Of a DNA stretch of 64,000 bases, positions 39,258-51,109 are shown in pieces; positions within the stretch are counted from its first letter, which is position 1; every line of letters begins with the position of its first letter. This DNA comes from Mytilus californianus. Its lineage: Eukaryota. The notes under the pieces are model-generated. The model was given only the letters and a program-made list of their open reading frames with translations. It was not told the DNA's origin and ran no database searches. The stretch spans positions 110,608,001 to 110,672,000 of the forward strand of contig NW_026262690.1 in assembly GCF_021869535.1 (NCBI RefSeq), given 5' to 3'. The position numbers and the translations under genes were made by a program.

Positions 39258-39739
39258 TAAATGTAAAAAAGTCTTAACAAAAATATCGAACTGGGAGGTA
39301 AATTCTAAAATGGGAGAAGTCCATAAAACCTGACAAAATCAAACGTTGAACTATATCAACCAATGAAACGAATGGAAAACAACTGTCATATTCCTGACTT
39401 GTTACAGGCATTTTCCGAAGAAAATGGTGGGTTGAACTTGTAAAACAACTTCTCATATTAGCTGGAATAAAACAACAGAACAGTTTAGTAATTACTGACC
39501 CGCTTTTAAAAATCATATCTCCTTAGTTATACATACTAGTATATATATATCTAGTCAAATGCGTTTTGTTAAAATATACTTTTTCACTCATTTGGTCTTT
39601 TGGAAAATGTTGTTTGTGCTGTATTTGGACCCCTCTACCAAGAAATTTGTTTTGCATGCACACGTATAAAAATTGCGGTTTTTATTCAACACAATCATAG
39701 GTTTGAACGTTGTTTTCAATTTAGACTTGTATATATATG

Positions 39740-40020
39740 TAGGTATACACTGTTATATATGGATAAACTCATCATAGATACCAGGATTAAAATTTTATAC
39801 TCCAGACGCGCGTTTCGTCTACAAAAGACTCATCAGTCAAAAAATAAAAAAAGCCAAATAAAGGTCGAAGTTGAAGAGCATTGAGGTACAAAAAAATTCC
39901 AAAAGGTTTTGCAAAATACATATAAGGTAGTCTATTCATGGGGTAGAAAATCCTTAGTATTTCGAAAAATTCAAAGTTTTGTAAACAGTTAATTTATAGT
40001 TATTACCTTATCAAATGAAC
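39740..40020 (-). mobile_element. Retrozyme-like non-autonomous repeat body carrying the hammerhead
   Basis: Non-coding segment around the hammerhead core; boundaries approximate and based on recognition of the repeat type. Confidence 0.45.
39800..39840 (-). ncRNA. Minimal type I hammerhead ribozyme core (retrozyme/Penelope-like relic), stem I damaged
   Basis: Minus strand reads CUGAUGA-GUC(UUUUGUA)GAC-GAAA-C(GCGC)G-UC: intact core, 3-bp stem II, palindromic stem III, NUH site GUC; stem I pairs poorly. Confidence 0.75.
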
Positions 40021-42834
40021 CCGAGAAGAAAATATAAGGTTCTGCTTAGTAGAAACTGTATACGTAGATTGTAATAAAAGGCCCAGTAAAAAATACAGCT
40101 TAAGATTTTGGTTGAAATTTGGCGATTTACCGGGCGTGTTCACGTTAATAGTTGCTATTTCAAAAGGTAGGGCCTTCATTTCTTACGCGCACCTGGACCT
40201 TTTTCAAAACGAAGTACTTATTCAAATCTTTACTCACGGAAACTAAAAGTATAACAGCCTCGTCGTGTGTGTACTTAAACAATTAACAATATTAAGTTGT
40301 ATTTCTAAATATATGTTACCAAATTATAAGCGCACATAACTGAATTTTTTATTAATAATGGAGTACTAATATAATGGGCGCCCCCTAACATGTTTAACCC
40401 CGCCACATTATGCCTGTCCCAAGTCAGGAGCCTGTAATTCAGTGGTAGTCGTTTGTTTCTGTGTATCATTTTTTTTTTCGTTCATTATTTTGTACATAAA
40501 TTAGGCCGTTAGTTTTCTCGTTTGAATTGTTTTACATTTGTCATTTCGGGCCTTTTATAGCTGACTATGCGGTATGGGTTTTGCTCATTGTTGAAGGCCG
40601 TACGGTGACCTATAGTTGTTAATTTCTGTGTCGTTTGGTCTCTTGTGAAGAGTTGTCTCGTTAGCAGTTATATCACATCTTCTTATTTTTATACTGATAA
40701 AAAAAGAATACGAAAGATAAATCAAATCAAACATCAAACTTCCGGAATCAAAACTGTGGGTTTCTTTGGGGTTCTTTCTTTGAAAAATAAAAAAAACCCC
40801 AATTTGATATAAAAATAAGAGGACGTGGCATGATTTCCAATGAGACAACTCTCCACAAGAGACCAAATGACGTAGTAGAAGTTAGCAACTTTAGGCCACC
40901 GTGCGGTTATTTGTAAAAATAAAATAAAATTGTCTTCAAGAGCAATGCATGATGTTTTGTTATTGTCGATATATATATATATAATTTAATGATGATAATT
41001 AAAATATATTAGTTTCGACTCTTTAATATTTGAATTTCAAAAATGTAATTAACTTTCAATTTTCACCTTGGTAATGAAATTTGTCATACTATTCTGACAT
41101 GATATTGATCAAACCATCCTTCATAATCTTCATTTTAATATACATGTATGTCATAAATGATTCAGATAAGTCATAAATGGTAAGAAACAAAAACGGAACA
41201 TCATGAAAATGTCAAACATTTCAAAATATTTTTTTAGATGTTGTTTATTTAAGTCTCGTCTGCTTAAATCAATGTCTGTCTGTGTCGTTTTTTAAATTAG
41301 TCTGTATCTGTTTTTTGTTGTTGTTGTCTTTTCGGAAATGCTGTATATACATCAAATAGACAGCAACTACACAATTAAAATCCGTATGTACCATGTATAC
41401 AACAAACAATTATAGCCAGTATGTGCAATGTGTACAGCAACTAAACAAGTGAAACCAGTATGCACAATGTATACAACAATCAAACAATTAAAACCAGTGT
41501 GTTACAATTTAAACACCCAAAAAATCAAAACCAGCTTGTACTATTAAAAAAACAACCAAAAAATTAAAACCGGTCAAACAATTTCCATTCTCAATTTTAT
41601 AATGTATACAACAACCAAACACTTAAAACTAGTATATGCATCAGTTAGACAGTAACCGAACAATTATAACAGGGGTTCTTAAATTCAAAATTAGGTTTAT
41701 GCGTTTTTCAGCTGACTTTTGTGCAATGTATCATTTGATTAATAGCTACTTACAATCAATTTTGGTTGGTCCAATGCACTAGTTCCATGATTTGCGATTT
41801 TTTTAATTTTTTTGGCATTTATGGAATAACCATTATTTTTTTTGTAAAAATTATTTCCGTACTCCATGTATACCTTACAACAAAATAATTTTTATTTACC
41901 TGTGTACGTTATTTTATTTAGCGGCATTTTGTCCAAGGTTATAGTTGTCTTTTTGATATTGTTTTACATCTAACCCCCTTGTTTTATTAATTTTGTATTT
42001 ACATTGTGTCATAGATCAAATTTATTCGTTCAGTGTATGTTCACTTGTTTTTGTTACTATGTCTTTTGATTGAGTTAAGCCATTTCAATTGATATTTTAT
42101 AGTGTGTCTTTCTTTGTTGTGATGTTACACTATTGTTTCAGGTAGGGTGAAGGTTGCCGCCTATTAAAACGTTTAAACCCGCTGCATTTGTTTGCACCTG
42201 TCCTAAGTCAGGATCATGATGTTCAGTGGTTGTCGTTTGTTGATGTGGTTCATACGTGTTTCTCGTTTCTCGTTTTTTATATAGATTAGACCGTTGGTTT
42301 TCCTGTTTGAATGGTTTTACACTAGTAGTTTTTGGGGCCCTTTATAGCTTGCTGTTCTGTGTGAGCCAAGGCTCCGTGTTGAAGGCCGAACTTTGACCTA
42401 AAATGGTTTATTTTTACAAATTGTGACTTGGATGGAGAGTTGTCTCATTGGCACTCTTACCACATCTTCTTATATCTATTTGTTTAGTTGGTACAATTTA
42501 TTACCATTTTTTGAATATTTTGGGAATTTTTTGTATGATATGTCGGAATTATGATCCGTCTCTCTAGTGCTAGTGTATATCCTTAATTACCGTCAGGCTA
42601 CGATAAAAAAAAAAGGATATGATATTTGTGATATCTATGAAACTGGATTTTTCTAGTAAATCGCTTACTGATTGAACAATTCTTATACTTCAGTCTAAAA
42701 TATGCATTTGTGGTACACAATTATATTGCTACTACCTCCTTTATGGAGAATAAGCATGCTGTTTGTGTTCCAATTTAATTATTTTTTCCTCAATTAAACC
42801 GTACTGGTCAATCAATATAATGTACGCGATGTAA

Positions 42835-42850
42835 GGGTCATCTCAGGTCA
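42835..42850 (+). promoter_or_regulatory. DR4 element GGGTCA-tctc-AGGTCA
   Basis: Exact motif; upstream of the CCAATGATTGG double CCAAT box (about 42952) and the DR5 at 43018. Confidence 0.5.
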
Positions 42851-42939
42851 GGCTACTATACATCTTCATTAGATTTAACATTGTTGGTGTGTTTTTTGTG
42901 AGGTTTTAAGTTTTTTCCCATGGTCGTGCATGCAGATGT

Positions 42940-43117
42940 CGTCCAGACTAGATCCAATGATTGGTCAAGAAGTGACGGACATTACGTCTCGTTGTATAAG
43001 TTGTAAGTGGACGGTGATGACCTGCCGATGACCTGTCTGTTCTGTTTATAGGATTATTAAGTTCAATATTCTATTTAATCTTATCCAAAGATTTAAAGGT
43101 TTTCTGACACGGTAAGA
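42940..43117 (+). other. Candidate promoter and non-coding first exon of gene 2
   Basis: CCAAT box, TGACG motif, DR4 and DR5 elements, donor ACG|GTAAGA; gene 2 exon at 52546 has an acceptor and so needs an upstream exon. Confidence 0.4.
43018..43034 (-). promoter_or_regulatory. DR5 (RARE-type) element AGGTCA-tcggc-AGGTCA
   Basis: Plus strand reads TGACCT-gccga-TGACCT; donor ACG|GTAAGA at 43111/43112 lies about 80 bp downstream. Confidence 0.55.
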
Positions 43118-43215
43118 ATAAGTACTAACACTAATTTTTAAATTTAAGTAATTGCAGTATATAATATTTTTTCATTATTTATTATCGTTTTTTTATTTAT
43201 TTATGTATTTATCTT

Positions 43216-43345
43216 NNNNNNNNNNNNNNNNNNNNNNNNNNNNNNNNNNNNNNNNNNNNNNNNNNNNNNNNNNNNNNNNNNNNNNNNNNNNNNNNNNNNN
43301 NNNNNNNNNNNNNNNNNNNNNNNNNNNNNNNNNNNNNNNNNNNNN
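43216..43345. other. Assembly gap (130 N)
   Basis: Run of N. Confidence 0.99.
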
Positions 43346-44088
43346 TTTAAAATTTTGATCAGTTTACTGTTGTTGTTTTTTTTGTTGAGTGTTCGTGTTT
43401 GGATAATCAATTTTTTATTTTATTTTAGCGTAAATCAGTGACCAAACTTTATTTTTGTGTTTTAAATTAAAAGAGTTTTATTAGAATTTCATATATATTT
43501 TCTTTAGTTTTTAATGAATCTATGCCAGCCAGTGCATTACTGAAAAAGACGAGAAATGAATTATTGTGCAAAATGGAAATATCTAAAATTTAGTTTCTTT
43601 AAAATGAATGCAAAATATGGCATGCATGCAGTGGCGGATCAATCATTTTCAAAAATAAGGGAGGTGACAGTAAAAAAAATAGTTCTTAAAACACAAATGT
43701 TCGGCCATAAGGGGGATCGAACAACCTCATGTCTCACAGTATCCGTCTCCATGCATACACACAATTTTTACATAGTGCTGCCTTACATGTCACTCTTTTG
43801 CCATTTCTGTATTCAGGAAAGTTGCAGCCTTATTTTTTCTTGATAAAAAAGTAGGCACGAGTTAGATCCCCCCAGAATAGTTAGGTTATCCTGTCATCTA
43901 TGATAAGCATTGGGTCAACACGTTCCTCATATTGAAAGTTTTACTTTGAAAGAAGAATGTCTCTACTGATGTCATCATAGATAACTTTATCAGCTAAATT
44001 GTACTGTTCATTTAAGGTCCGTTTCGGTCATATAGTTCCATACTTATTCAGGTATTCATACATCCTTGGTTTTCAAATGTTTGGATTT

Positions 44089-44132
44089 GAGCGTTCCTGG
44101 TGCAGGTTAATCCAGAAAAGCGCTTCGGAAGC
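44089..44132 (+). ncRNA. Degenerate hammerhead relic of a second family
   Basis: GCGUUC-CUGGUGC-AGGUUAAUCCA-GAAA-AGCGCU-UC-GGAAGC: stem I pairs 5/6 and stem III is palindromic, but the core has two substitutions; a partial copy sits at 13923-13947. Confidence 0.5.
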
Positions 44133-45269
44133 ACGAAATATATAACGTGGCATTTTCATTAAAAAGAATTAAAGGAGATGTGGATATAGTTTAAGTAGAC
44201 GAATTAATAGAATAATCAAGAGACATCTAGAGGGCATCATGCAGTCTCTTCAACGACAGACAGATGTATATACAACATTATATCAAGCTCCAAATCGTCC
44301 CTAGTCTAAAAGTTGTGATTAAATTCAGTGAACAGAAATTTTCAAAGATGTGCCATCAACTCAAATTCTAAAAAAAAACATATATAAATAATATAAAACA
44401 ACCACGGACGAGGTTCCTGACTTAAAACAGACACATAAATATGTGGTGGGGTTAAACTAGTTTGTTTATATTTTTTGTTGATATTTTGTTTTAGATCACA
44501 AATCTCCCCCTTTTTAATGTCGATTAGTGAGATACACAAATAACAAACAATTCATATATATGTATATATTTTTATCTCGATCAGTAGATTAGCAAAGAGA
44601 ACAAGTAAACCAGAACCATAAAAGCACAAATTAAAAATAACGATATAAAAGATAACAAAAAACAGAAAAATAATAATAAAGCATACTGATGCTTGCAGTT
44701 AATGAAAGCAAGTTTAAAGTACTTACCTAAACTGCTGATAAGAAATCATGTCGTTCTGCATCTAATATTGGTTGCTGTATAAGATTTCAAAACTCATGTA
44801 AAAGTAGCCTTTTTGAAAGTGCGTTGCATTGGTAAATTTGAACTTTTGTAGAATAATTAAATAATTGATATGGAAATCTACACAATGAGATTGGAAGTTT
44901 TGTTATCAAAATAAACAAGTTATATTTTAGAAAGGGGAATAACTCTTATAACAAATTTTGCATTTTTAGACTTAAACTGGTTCTCAGCTGACTACTACAC
45001 TTTGCGTAGCATAAATACAAGCGGGTTCCAGTTTATTTTAGACTGAATCATAATCATAATTTGGGAAATAAGCCAAACAAATGGCCCGGATATATGAAGT
45101 TTTAGCACCTCGTCACAGTTTATCTATGTCTGACCCAAGCAATATAATACACACAAAAATCGACGGATAGTACATCTTTTCCGAACAGTCACTTCAAACT
45201 TATGTGATACAAAAGCATTCTTAGTAGAGTATTATTCCTAAAGGGGGCATTTCTCTGAAATTTTTAAAG

Positions 45270-45605
45270 GGAAGGGGACCATTTAATAGTATTTATATCT
45301 TATTCTTAAAGGGGACCATTTTACAGGAGTATTAATATCTTATTATTAAAGGAGGACTTATTCTTTAAGAGGGACTACTAGTATTTTATAGTGGTATTAA
45401 TACCTTATTCTTCAAGAGGGACTACTAGTATTTTATAGTGGTATTAATACCTTATTCTTCAAGAGGGACTACTAGTATTTTATAGTGGTATTAATACCTT
45501 ATTCTTCAAGAGGGACTATTTATAGTGGTATTAATACTTTATGTTTCAAGGGGGACTATTTTAAAGGAGTATTAATACCTTATTCTTCAAGGGGGACTAT
45601 TTATA
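45270..45605 (+). repeat. ~48-bp minisatellite (ggtattaataccttattcttcaagagggactactagtattttatagt)
   Basis: Three near-identical and several degenerate copies. Confidence 0.85.
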
Positions 45606-47090
45606 TTGTTGGAAGTGTTTACATCAGCACAATATCAGACTATATCATTTCAGTTTCGATGATTGATTGATTGATTTTCAGTTTAACGTAATTCTTTCAA
45701 GTATTTGGGATAGAAGAAAAAGGGAAATGTTAAACAAAATAGCTGCAATTGTCAGAGCATGGACAGCCAAAAAAAAACTCAGTCGAACTGAGTGACTCTT
45801 TAATGCTGCACCCGCCGAACTAAGTTTGACTCTTTGATCCTGAAAAAATGCTTTGTGTTAATATCTTTATAGGTTAAACTTTTTAACTGTTTGGTGTTTG
45901 TTTTACGTCACAACCATTTAAACACCAGTCTGAGACTGAGACCGACTGGTACTGACAAAAAAGTCATCACTTAACTTAAGTGTCCGTTTTGGTTTTTTTG
46001 TTGTTGTTTTTTTGGTAAGTTAGTTTATATTTTGTTCGGTTTTTGTGTTTGTTTCTTTATTTTTTTTTGCTTTATTTTGTTTCCAATTAGATTGTTCCTT
46101 TCCTTAAAATCTTCATTTTCTTTATATCATCTGGTTGTTCTGTTTTATACTGTTCATCCTGCAATTGAACAGAAAGCAATATAATGCTAAGATTCATGTA
46201 CCTAATTGTGAGTCAAATGATTGAGATTAAAACAGGGGGAACAATTTTAACACCACCTCATAAGTCTCAAGTCCGAACTTATCATCGGTTGTCTAATGTC
46301 GTATCCTAATGTTTTTGGGGTTTTTATTAAATATTAAAACTCGGGAGTGGACGATTTAGAGCTTGATAAATTGACATATTATTGTGTCAGCATCTTCAAA
46401 ACTTATACGGGTTATTTGTAACTAGGTTATTGATCATTAATGACTAGGCGGAAAAACAACTCTCATATCAAGGACACTTTTCCAAGGTTCCGGTGACTGT
46501 GACATGAACTCCAGAATTTCAATATTCTTATCCATTTTATAAATTAAACATATACAATCTCCACTGTGAGCAAATGCAGTAGCATTTATTTTTATATTCG
46601 AGTCATGTTGACATACATGAATAATAAGTGGTCATCTAATGTATTTTATTTTCTTCTTTTTTTGGGTGATTTTTTTTAATATTTTGAAAGGCGTTTACGG
46701 GAGGAAAGCATTCTGTTCTTTGGTTTGAATATGCTGAGGATATAGGCTTATTCACATCAACTCCCAACCCCCTTTTTATTTGTATTGTTCTGACAATGAA
46801 TATGTACTTATATACAATAGTATTGATTAAATTAAAATCTGTGAATAAGAATAATTTGACCGTTATTGTTAAATGATAACATTGTCTGGTTTAAAATATG
46901 TCCTTCTTGTAAATTTCTTCAAAATTAAGCGTGTTTGTATGATTTATTGATTATTGGTTTCAGTATGACCCTACCGCGCATGTCAGGGTCATCCGAGGAT
47001 AAGTTCATCTGAGGTAAATACCGAGTTCATCTAGCGGACAAATAGCTATTTTTACATTGATATAAGCATTGGAGGTACATTGAACAGTAA

Positions 47091-47107
47091 TGACCTGACG
47101 TTGACCC
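47091..47107 (-). promoter_or_regulatory. DR5 (RARE-type) element GGGTCA-acgtc-AGGTCA
   Basis: Plus strand reads TGACCT-gacgt-TGACCC; further half-sites near 46966, 46986 and 47279; donor AAG|GTAAGC at 47353/47354. Confidence 0.55.
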
Positions 47108-47229
47108 AAAGATTTCAATGCTTTTTTACCGTTCCAAAGCCTTCCAACTGGCAAAATAATGCATTAATCCTTTTACCTTTGTACAAAGCATTCAATAAAA
47201 TCTTATTTTGTTAAGAAAATGGGATCGTA

Positions 47230-47359
47230 TGTAACTTTACGTAAAGGTCGAGAGAGTGGTCAGACCGAACCAGACTCGAGGGTCAATACTCTGACATTGG
47301 GTTAGGTAAATATCTAACACAGCCCACCGGCATTTAATATGTAGACACTAAAGGTAAGC
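47230..47359 (+). other. Candidate second non-coding first exon of gene 2
   Basis: Locally GC-richer, half-site rich, donor AAG|GTAAGC followed by T-rich intron-like sequence. Confidence 0.35.
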
Positions 47360-48479
47360 ACTTCATTATTTTTTCAGTTTATTTGTCTTTTTTAAACCCT
47401 AATTACAAAATTAATTTGAGATAACCTAAGATTAGATGAATTAGTTCACTAATTATGTATTTTTGTATTTATTTATTTATTTATTCATTTATTTGTTTTT
47501 ATTTTTACAGTATTTGAAATATCATCAGGTTTATATATTTTAGAAAAAGGGGTATATTTTGCTTTTCAAGTATCTTTGATACGTATAAAAAGAGATATAT
47601 ATGTCATATTTCTGATATTTTCATTTTACGAAATAGGAAATATAAAATATGTAAAGGCAATAGAATTATTTTTAAATGTACTAGGAAGTCAAAATGTATT
47701 GTCAGATGTAATCAAGTATATATTTCAAGGTTCATAAAATTCTTCAAAGCAATATTGATTATGTATATGTTGCAAGTATTGAAAAGGGAGCCGTTATTAA
47801 AATACTCAACAGTTTGAGAAAAAAAAAACACAAATAAATCGGCGTTGAAATAAACTGAGAATCATAGCATGAAAAAGGTTAAACAACACTGGCATGCCAT
47901 GGGAAAAAGGAAAAAAAGACGACAAATAACAGTCCAAAAAATTATTGAAAAAGAAAACAAAAGTTGGAGGAACATTAACACTACTAAAATATTGATATTT
48001 TAAATAATTTATATAAGCTTTCTTTCTTATCTATTTATAATATTATTTTGATTTGTTTACTTACACTTTTCATTAAATTTTATAGAAACAAGTTGATTTT
48101 AATTTCAAAATAAATTACTACTTACTATGCATTTTGTGTTAGGCCATGCCAAATTTATGTGTTGTAATTCGTATTTTTTTCAGGGATGGGCCAGCAATAT
48201 TTATTTTCTTCGTAATGTTTTAATAAGCAGTTTAAAATTCGCTAAAGGAATATTTTGATACTTTTATTCATCTGTTAGGATTTTATTGAGACAGAGAAAT
48301 TAATTTTTGAATTTTTTTAATTCCAAATTCCAGAAAAAGGGAGTGAAAATTAAGGAACAAATTGGCGATAAATTGGGGTTTAATTATTTTTTTTCGACAA
48401 TTTATTGCAGGAAATATTTGGATTAAGCATGAAGAGCAACAATTTTTAATTGACTTGACACAGTTTTAACTTTGAATAT

Positions 48480-48720
48480 TGTATGACCTCAATTTAACAT
48501 TAACTATTTGACGTGGCCTTTTTTTTACTTTGAATATTGGTATGGCCTTTATTTTAACTGTGGATATTTACGTGGCCTATATCAACTTTTGACGTGGCCC
48601 CGATTTAACTTTTGGATAATTGGCATGGCTTCACATTAACTTCGCATATTTGGTGTGGGCTCACCTTAGCTATTGATATTTACGGGGTCTAACTTTAACT
48701 TTGGATCACGTTTACTATGG
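48480..48720 (+). repeat. Degenerate ~20-40-bp repeat (taactttg...tggcc)
   Basis: Recurrent aacttt and gtggcc motifs. Confidence 0.5.
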
Positions 48721-48994
48721 ATGTTTACTATTGAGAAAAGGGTGCTTTTATACATAAAATATGTGTTTAACTCAAGATTGACAGAGTAGAAGATACAGTT
48801 ATCCCAAATCAATTTTACGTTTTATATTATATTGATTTACGAGAGGGTATTACTTTCCGAAATTAATTTTACATGTAACTTCATATTGACTGAACTGACA
48901 TACTAACTCTCTTCCTGATTGAATACGCTTGAAATATTTGGCACTGGACATGAAGTAAACCAAATTTATACACCAAGCAGACAATATAAAGGAA

Positions 48995-49700
48995 TTACAC
49001 ACACCGAGCAATGTATCTGTAATTACACACATGGAGCAATATATCATCAATTACATATATGGAGCAATGTATCATCAATTACATATATGGAGCAATGTAT
49101 CATCAATTACACACATGGAGCAAATTGTCATCAATTGCACACATGGAACAATTTATCATCAATTACACACATTGAGTAATGTATCATCAATTAAACACAC
49201 TGAGCAATGTATCATCAATTACACACATGGAACAATGTAACATCAATTACAGACATAGAGCAATGTATCATCAATTACACACATTGAGCAATGTATCATC
49301 AATTGCACACATGGAGCAATTTTATATCATCAATTAGACACATTGGGCAATTTATCATCAACTACACACATTTAGCAATGTATCATCAGTTAAACACATT
49401 CAGCAATGTATCATCAATTAAACACATAGAGCAATGTATCATCAATTAAACACATCGAGCAATGTATCATCAATTAAACACATCATGCAATGTATCATCA
49501 ATTACACACATCGAGAAATATATCAACAATTACACATATGGAGCAATTTATTATCAATTACACATATGGAGCAATTTATTATCAATTACAAACATTGATC
49601 AATGTATCATCAATTAAATACATGGAGCGATTTATTATCAATTACACATATGGAGCAAGTACACACATGGAGCAATTTATCATCAATTACACTCAGTCAG
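48995..49700 (+). repeat. 28-bp minisatellite (atggagcaatgtatcatcaattacacac), about 24 copies
   Basis: Units start at 49031, 49059 and 49087 onward. Confidence 0.93.
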
Positions 49701-50771
49701 CAGTAATTAATTGTCTAACGTATACTAGTAATATATTTTCAATTTCTCTTCAATTGTACTTTGTGTTTTTAGTATATCTGATAAGTTAAGTCCTTTACAA
49801 CTGATATTTTAGGTCTTATGTTGGGCTGTTACACCACTGTCCCAGGTCAGGGGAGGGTTGGGCGCCCGCAAACATGGTTAATCTCACCATATGTTGTATG
49901 TGCATGTTCGAAGTGAGGAGCCTGTAATTCAGTTGTTGTCGTTTGTTACTGTTACTGCAATCTGTTTTGCTTATTGTTGAAGGCCGTACGGTGACCACTC
50001 GTTTTCTTTTATATCCTCAAAGTAAGGAAAATTATATCGACGCCCAACTTTATTTGCTCCCCTCTACTCATAAGTATATTCCGCCGTCTATCCTGAAACG
50101 GTTACCCGTCCCTACCGATTATTTCTGTGACGTATAGTTATTGCTTCATTGACTGTAATATATACTACTAAAAAAGTTTAGCAACTCAACTTCTAACTGA
50201 AAATAAAGTAAAACAAAATCTCGATTTATCTTCCAATTTTGTGATTTCTTATTAATTCTTTTTATTCTTCAATCATTTGTGTATTCAAAATTACTTCAGT
50301 TCTGGTGTTCAAATTTCAGACAGCTACACTGTTAGGAAAGGGGTCAAAATTGAAAGTAAAAATTTTAACATTTTTTCATTGGTCTAGTTAAAAAAAAATG
50401 CATATAACGCACAAAATTGACGAAGTGGTGAATCTGATGGCATGATTGATTACAAATAAACAAAAAGTAACTTTCCCTCACAAAAAAGTGAAAAATAAAT
50501 TGGGAGGGGCGCTTTTTTTTACACCCCTCCAAATCTATATCATAATTTTGTATTTTTCTTCTTTAATCAATTCAACATCCTTTTTAAAAAACATGAATGC
50601 TGCTATTTACAGATCATTTTAAGCATTTTCTCCAGAGATATGAGACCTCAAAATCTGACCCCCATTTATCACAATGGAAATGTTGCAAACATTTCTTTGA
50701 GTAGTATATAATGGTGCCCAAAGGGGAAAGAGAATGAACCCTATACAATATAAGCTGTAGTGCTGAATACC

Positions 50772-51109
50772 AGTAATACCTAGCCTGGGATCCTGGTTGA
50801 CTGCTGGACAGTTACTGACACGAAGAGGAGGTTTGGCCAGGATGCTAGGCTATAGTAGTACCTAGCCTGGGATCCTGGTTGACTGCTGGACAGTTACTGA
50901 AACGAAGAGGAGGTTTGGCCAGGATGCTAGGCTAAAGTAGTACCTAGCCTGGGATCCTGGTTGACTGCTCGACAGTTACTGACGCGAAGTGGAGGTTTGG
51001 CCAGGATGCAAGGCTATAGTAGTACCTAGCCTGGGATCCTGGTTTACTGTTCGACAGTTACTGACGCGAAGAGGAGGTTTGGCCAGGATGCAAGGTTATA
51101 GTAGTACCT
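50772..51109. repeat. Four GC-rich 82-bp units, each bounded by 16-bp inverted repeats
   Basis: TAGCCTGGGATCCTGG at 50781, 50863, 50945 and 51027, each paired with CCAGGATGC(T/A)AGG(C/T)TA. Confidence 0.9.
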
